Position numbers and translations under genes: made by a program. A stretch of DNA of 40,729 bases from Candidatus Scatomorpha pullistercoris (lineage in GTDB: Bacteria > Bacillota > Clostridia > Oscillospirales > Oscillospiraceae): contig DVJS01000261.1 of NCBI GenBank assembly GCA_018716635.1, forward strand, positions 1 through 40,729, read 5' to 3'. Position 1 is the stretch's first letter. Each line of letters starts with the position of its first letter. Under the pieces are notes generated by a model, which saw nothing but the letters and a program-made list of their open reading frames with translations, was not told the DNA's origin and ran no database searches. This document shows positions 39,380 through 40,729 of the stretch, piece by piece.

Positions 39380-40729
39380 ATGACACAAGAGCAAAATTTA
39401 TTGAGCGGGAGTGTGCCCAAAAAGCTGATTGCTTTTGCTCTCCCGCTGCTTTTGGCGAATATCTTACAATCATTCTACAATGTGGTGGATATGTTAGTGG
39501 TCGGACAGTTTGTTGGCGAAACAGGTCTTGCGGCCATCAGCAACGCCTCAAAACTTTGTTACATTATCAACTCCATTTGTATTGGAATGACGATGGGCGG
39601 AGCAGTGTTAATTGCTCAATACAAAGGAGCGAACAATAAAAAAGACCAGGCGGAGACTTTTCTAATGCTGTCCATGCTCTCCCTGGCTGCGTCGATCCTT
39701 TTGACTGTTATAAGCTTGGCTGGTTATAAACCCCTTTTTCGAGCGTTAAAAGTTCCGACGGATGCATTGGGGGACGCATGTAATTATATGAAAATCATTT
39801 GCTATGGAACTGTATTTGTTTTCGGATACAATGCAGTTTGTTCTGTCCTGAAAGGCTTGGGAGATTCCAAATCTCCGCTCTGCTTTGTGGGCATTGCAAC
39901 TATCATCAATGTTGGTTTAGACATCATATTGGTGGGCCCCTTGGGGATGGGAACAAAAGGAGCGGCCTGCGCGACGGTCACAGCGCAGGGAATTTCTTTT
40001 GTAATTTCGCTCTTTTATCTGAAACGGTACCATGTGTTATTTGGCACGGCGAAATGCAAGAAGCTCACGGTCCAGTGGGATAAGATAGTTGCTATTCTGA
40101 AAATTGGGTTGCCTGCGGCGATCCAGATGGTCGTAGTCAACACGGCTTATTTGCTGGTGACCGGGATGCTCAATCAATTTGGAACCTCTGTGTCTGCGGC
40201 ATCCGGAGTCGGCCTGCAAATCAACACCTTTGCCGGCATGCCTTGCTGGGCTGTCGGTCAGGCAGTCACGGCTATGGTTGGTCAATGCATGGGAGCAGAG
40301 CAAATAGAACGCGCCCGAAAAGTGGTGAAAATCGGCCTGCTGGTAAATATGGCCATGACGCTCGTTGTTGTGCTTTGCGTACAGGTTTTTGCAGAGCAGT
40401 TGATTTTACTCTTTGGCAGTAATAGCCGGGAAGCTGTGACCGACGGAGTTTATTATCTGAGAGTCTGCTGCAGTGTCAACAGTCTGATCTATGCGGCCAT
40501 GTATACCCTGGATTCCTTTGCCATTGGAGTGGGCGCAGCAAATGTTGCTATGTTGAATGCATTGCTGGACGCAGTTGTGGTCCGTTTGCCCGTAAGTTGG
40601 ATTTTGGCTTTTACGCTGGGCATGGGATTTCCCGGCATCTATTTTGGACAGGCACTTTCGCCTATCCTGCCGGCATTTGCGGGCTTTATCTACTTCAAAA
40701 GCGGCATATGGGAACGCAGGAGCCTTATT
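39380..40729 (+). CDS. MATE-family multidrug/toxic-compound efflux transporter; runs off the right edge and is absent from the ORF track
   Basis: An uninterrupted 450-codon frame that I translated by hand. KKLIAFALPLLLANILQSFYNVVDMLVVGQFVG and later LKIGLPAAIQM mark the two MATE repeats. The stop codon is not in the window. Confidence 0.85.
   Translation, partial: MTQEQNLLSGSVPKKLIAFALPLLLANILQSFYNVVDMLVVGQFVGETGLAAISNASKLCYIINSICIGMTMGGAVLIAQYKGANNKKDQAETFLMLSMLSLAASILLTVISLAGYKPLFRALKVPTDALGDACNYMKIICYGTVFVFGYNAVCSVLKGLGDSKSPLCFVGIATIINVGLDIILVGPLGMGTKGAACATVTAQGISFVISLFYLKRYHVLFGTAKCKKLTVQWDKIVAILKIGLPAAIQMVVVNTAYLLVTGMLNQFGTSVSAASGVGLQINTFAGMPCWAVGQAVTAMVGQCMGAEQIERARKVVKIGLLVNMAMTLVVVLCVQVFAEQLILLFGSNSREAVTDGVYYLRVCCSVNSLIYAAMYTLDSFAIGVGAANVAMLNALLDAVVVRLPVSWILAFTLGMGFPGIYFGQALSPILPAFAGFIYFKSGIWERRSLI

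Overview
The window looks like a chromosomal segment from a high-GC, Gram-positive-type anaerobe, probably Clostridia. That call is an inference from GGAGG ribosome-binding sites, the rpmG-secE-nusG-rplK-rplA order, and the YmdB, YhaO/YhaN-like and Moco genes. About 45 genes are supportable, and almost all long ORFs antisense to them are high-GC artefacts.

Gene content from left to right:
- carbamate kinase and RidA
- an MscS channel and a CoA-disulfide-reductase/rhodanese fusion
- a NifX-like protein and thioredoxin
- the ribosomal/NusG cluster, including rpmG, which the ORF track misses
- folC-ruvX-psuK-psuG
- an MBL hydrolase
- an orphan 625-aa PEPCK/HprK-like P-loop protein
- a ThiF-like E1 divergent from two MoeA paralogs
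- a LacI-controlled operon: HMG-CoA-lyase-like, family III CoA-transferase, small membrane protein, SSS transporter, esterase
- a LysR-linked pair of uncharacterised Fe-S/Cys-rich proteins
- a B3/4, SbcC-like, SbcD-like, YmdB operon
- a 54-aa ORF, tRNA-Arg(ACG) and an RDD protein
- a clearly lower-GC block holding SOD, a tocopherol-cyclase-like gene with an in-frame TAG, a FAD/Rieske oxidoreductase, a YyaL thioredoxin-domain protein, a regulator remnant, and a MATE gene behind a leader with three terminators

I saw no CRISPR array, integrase, transposase or recognisable defence system. The most novel-looking items are the LacI operon, the Fe-S pair, the PEPCK-like orphan, the decaying oxidative-stress island, and a terminator module present in three copies around tRNA-Arg. 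All functions come from motif-level reading. No searches or computations were run.
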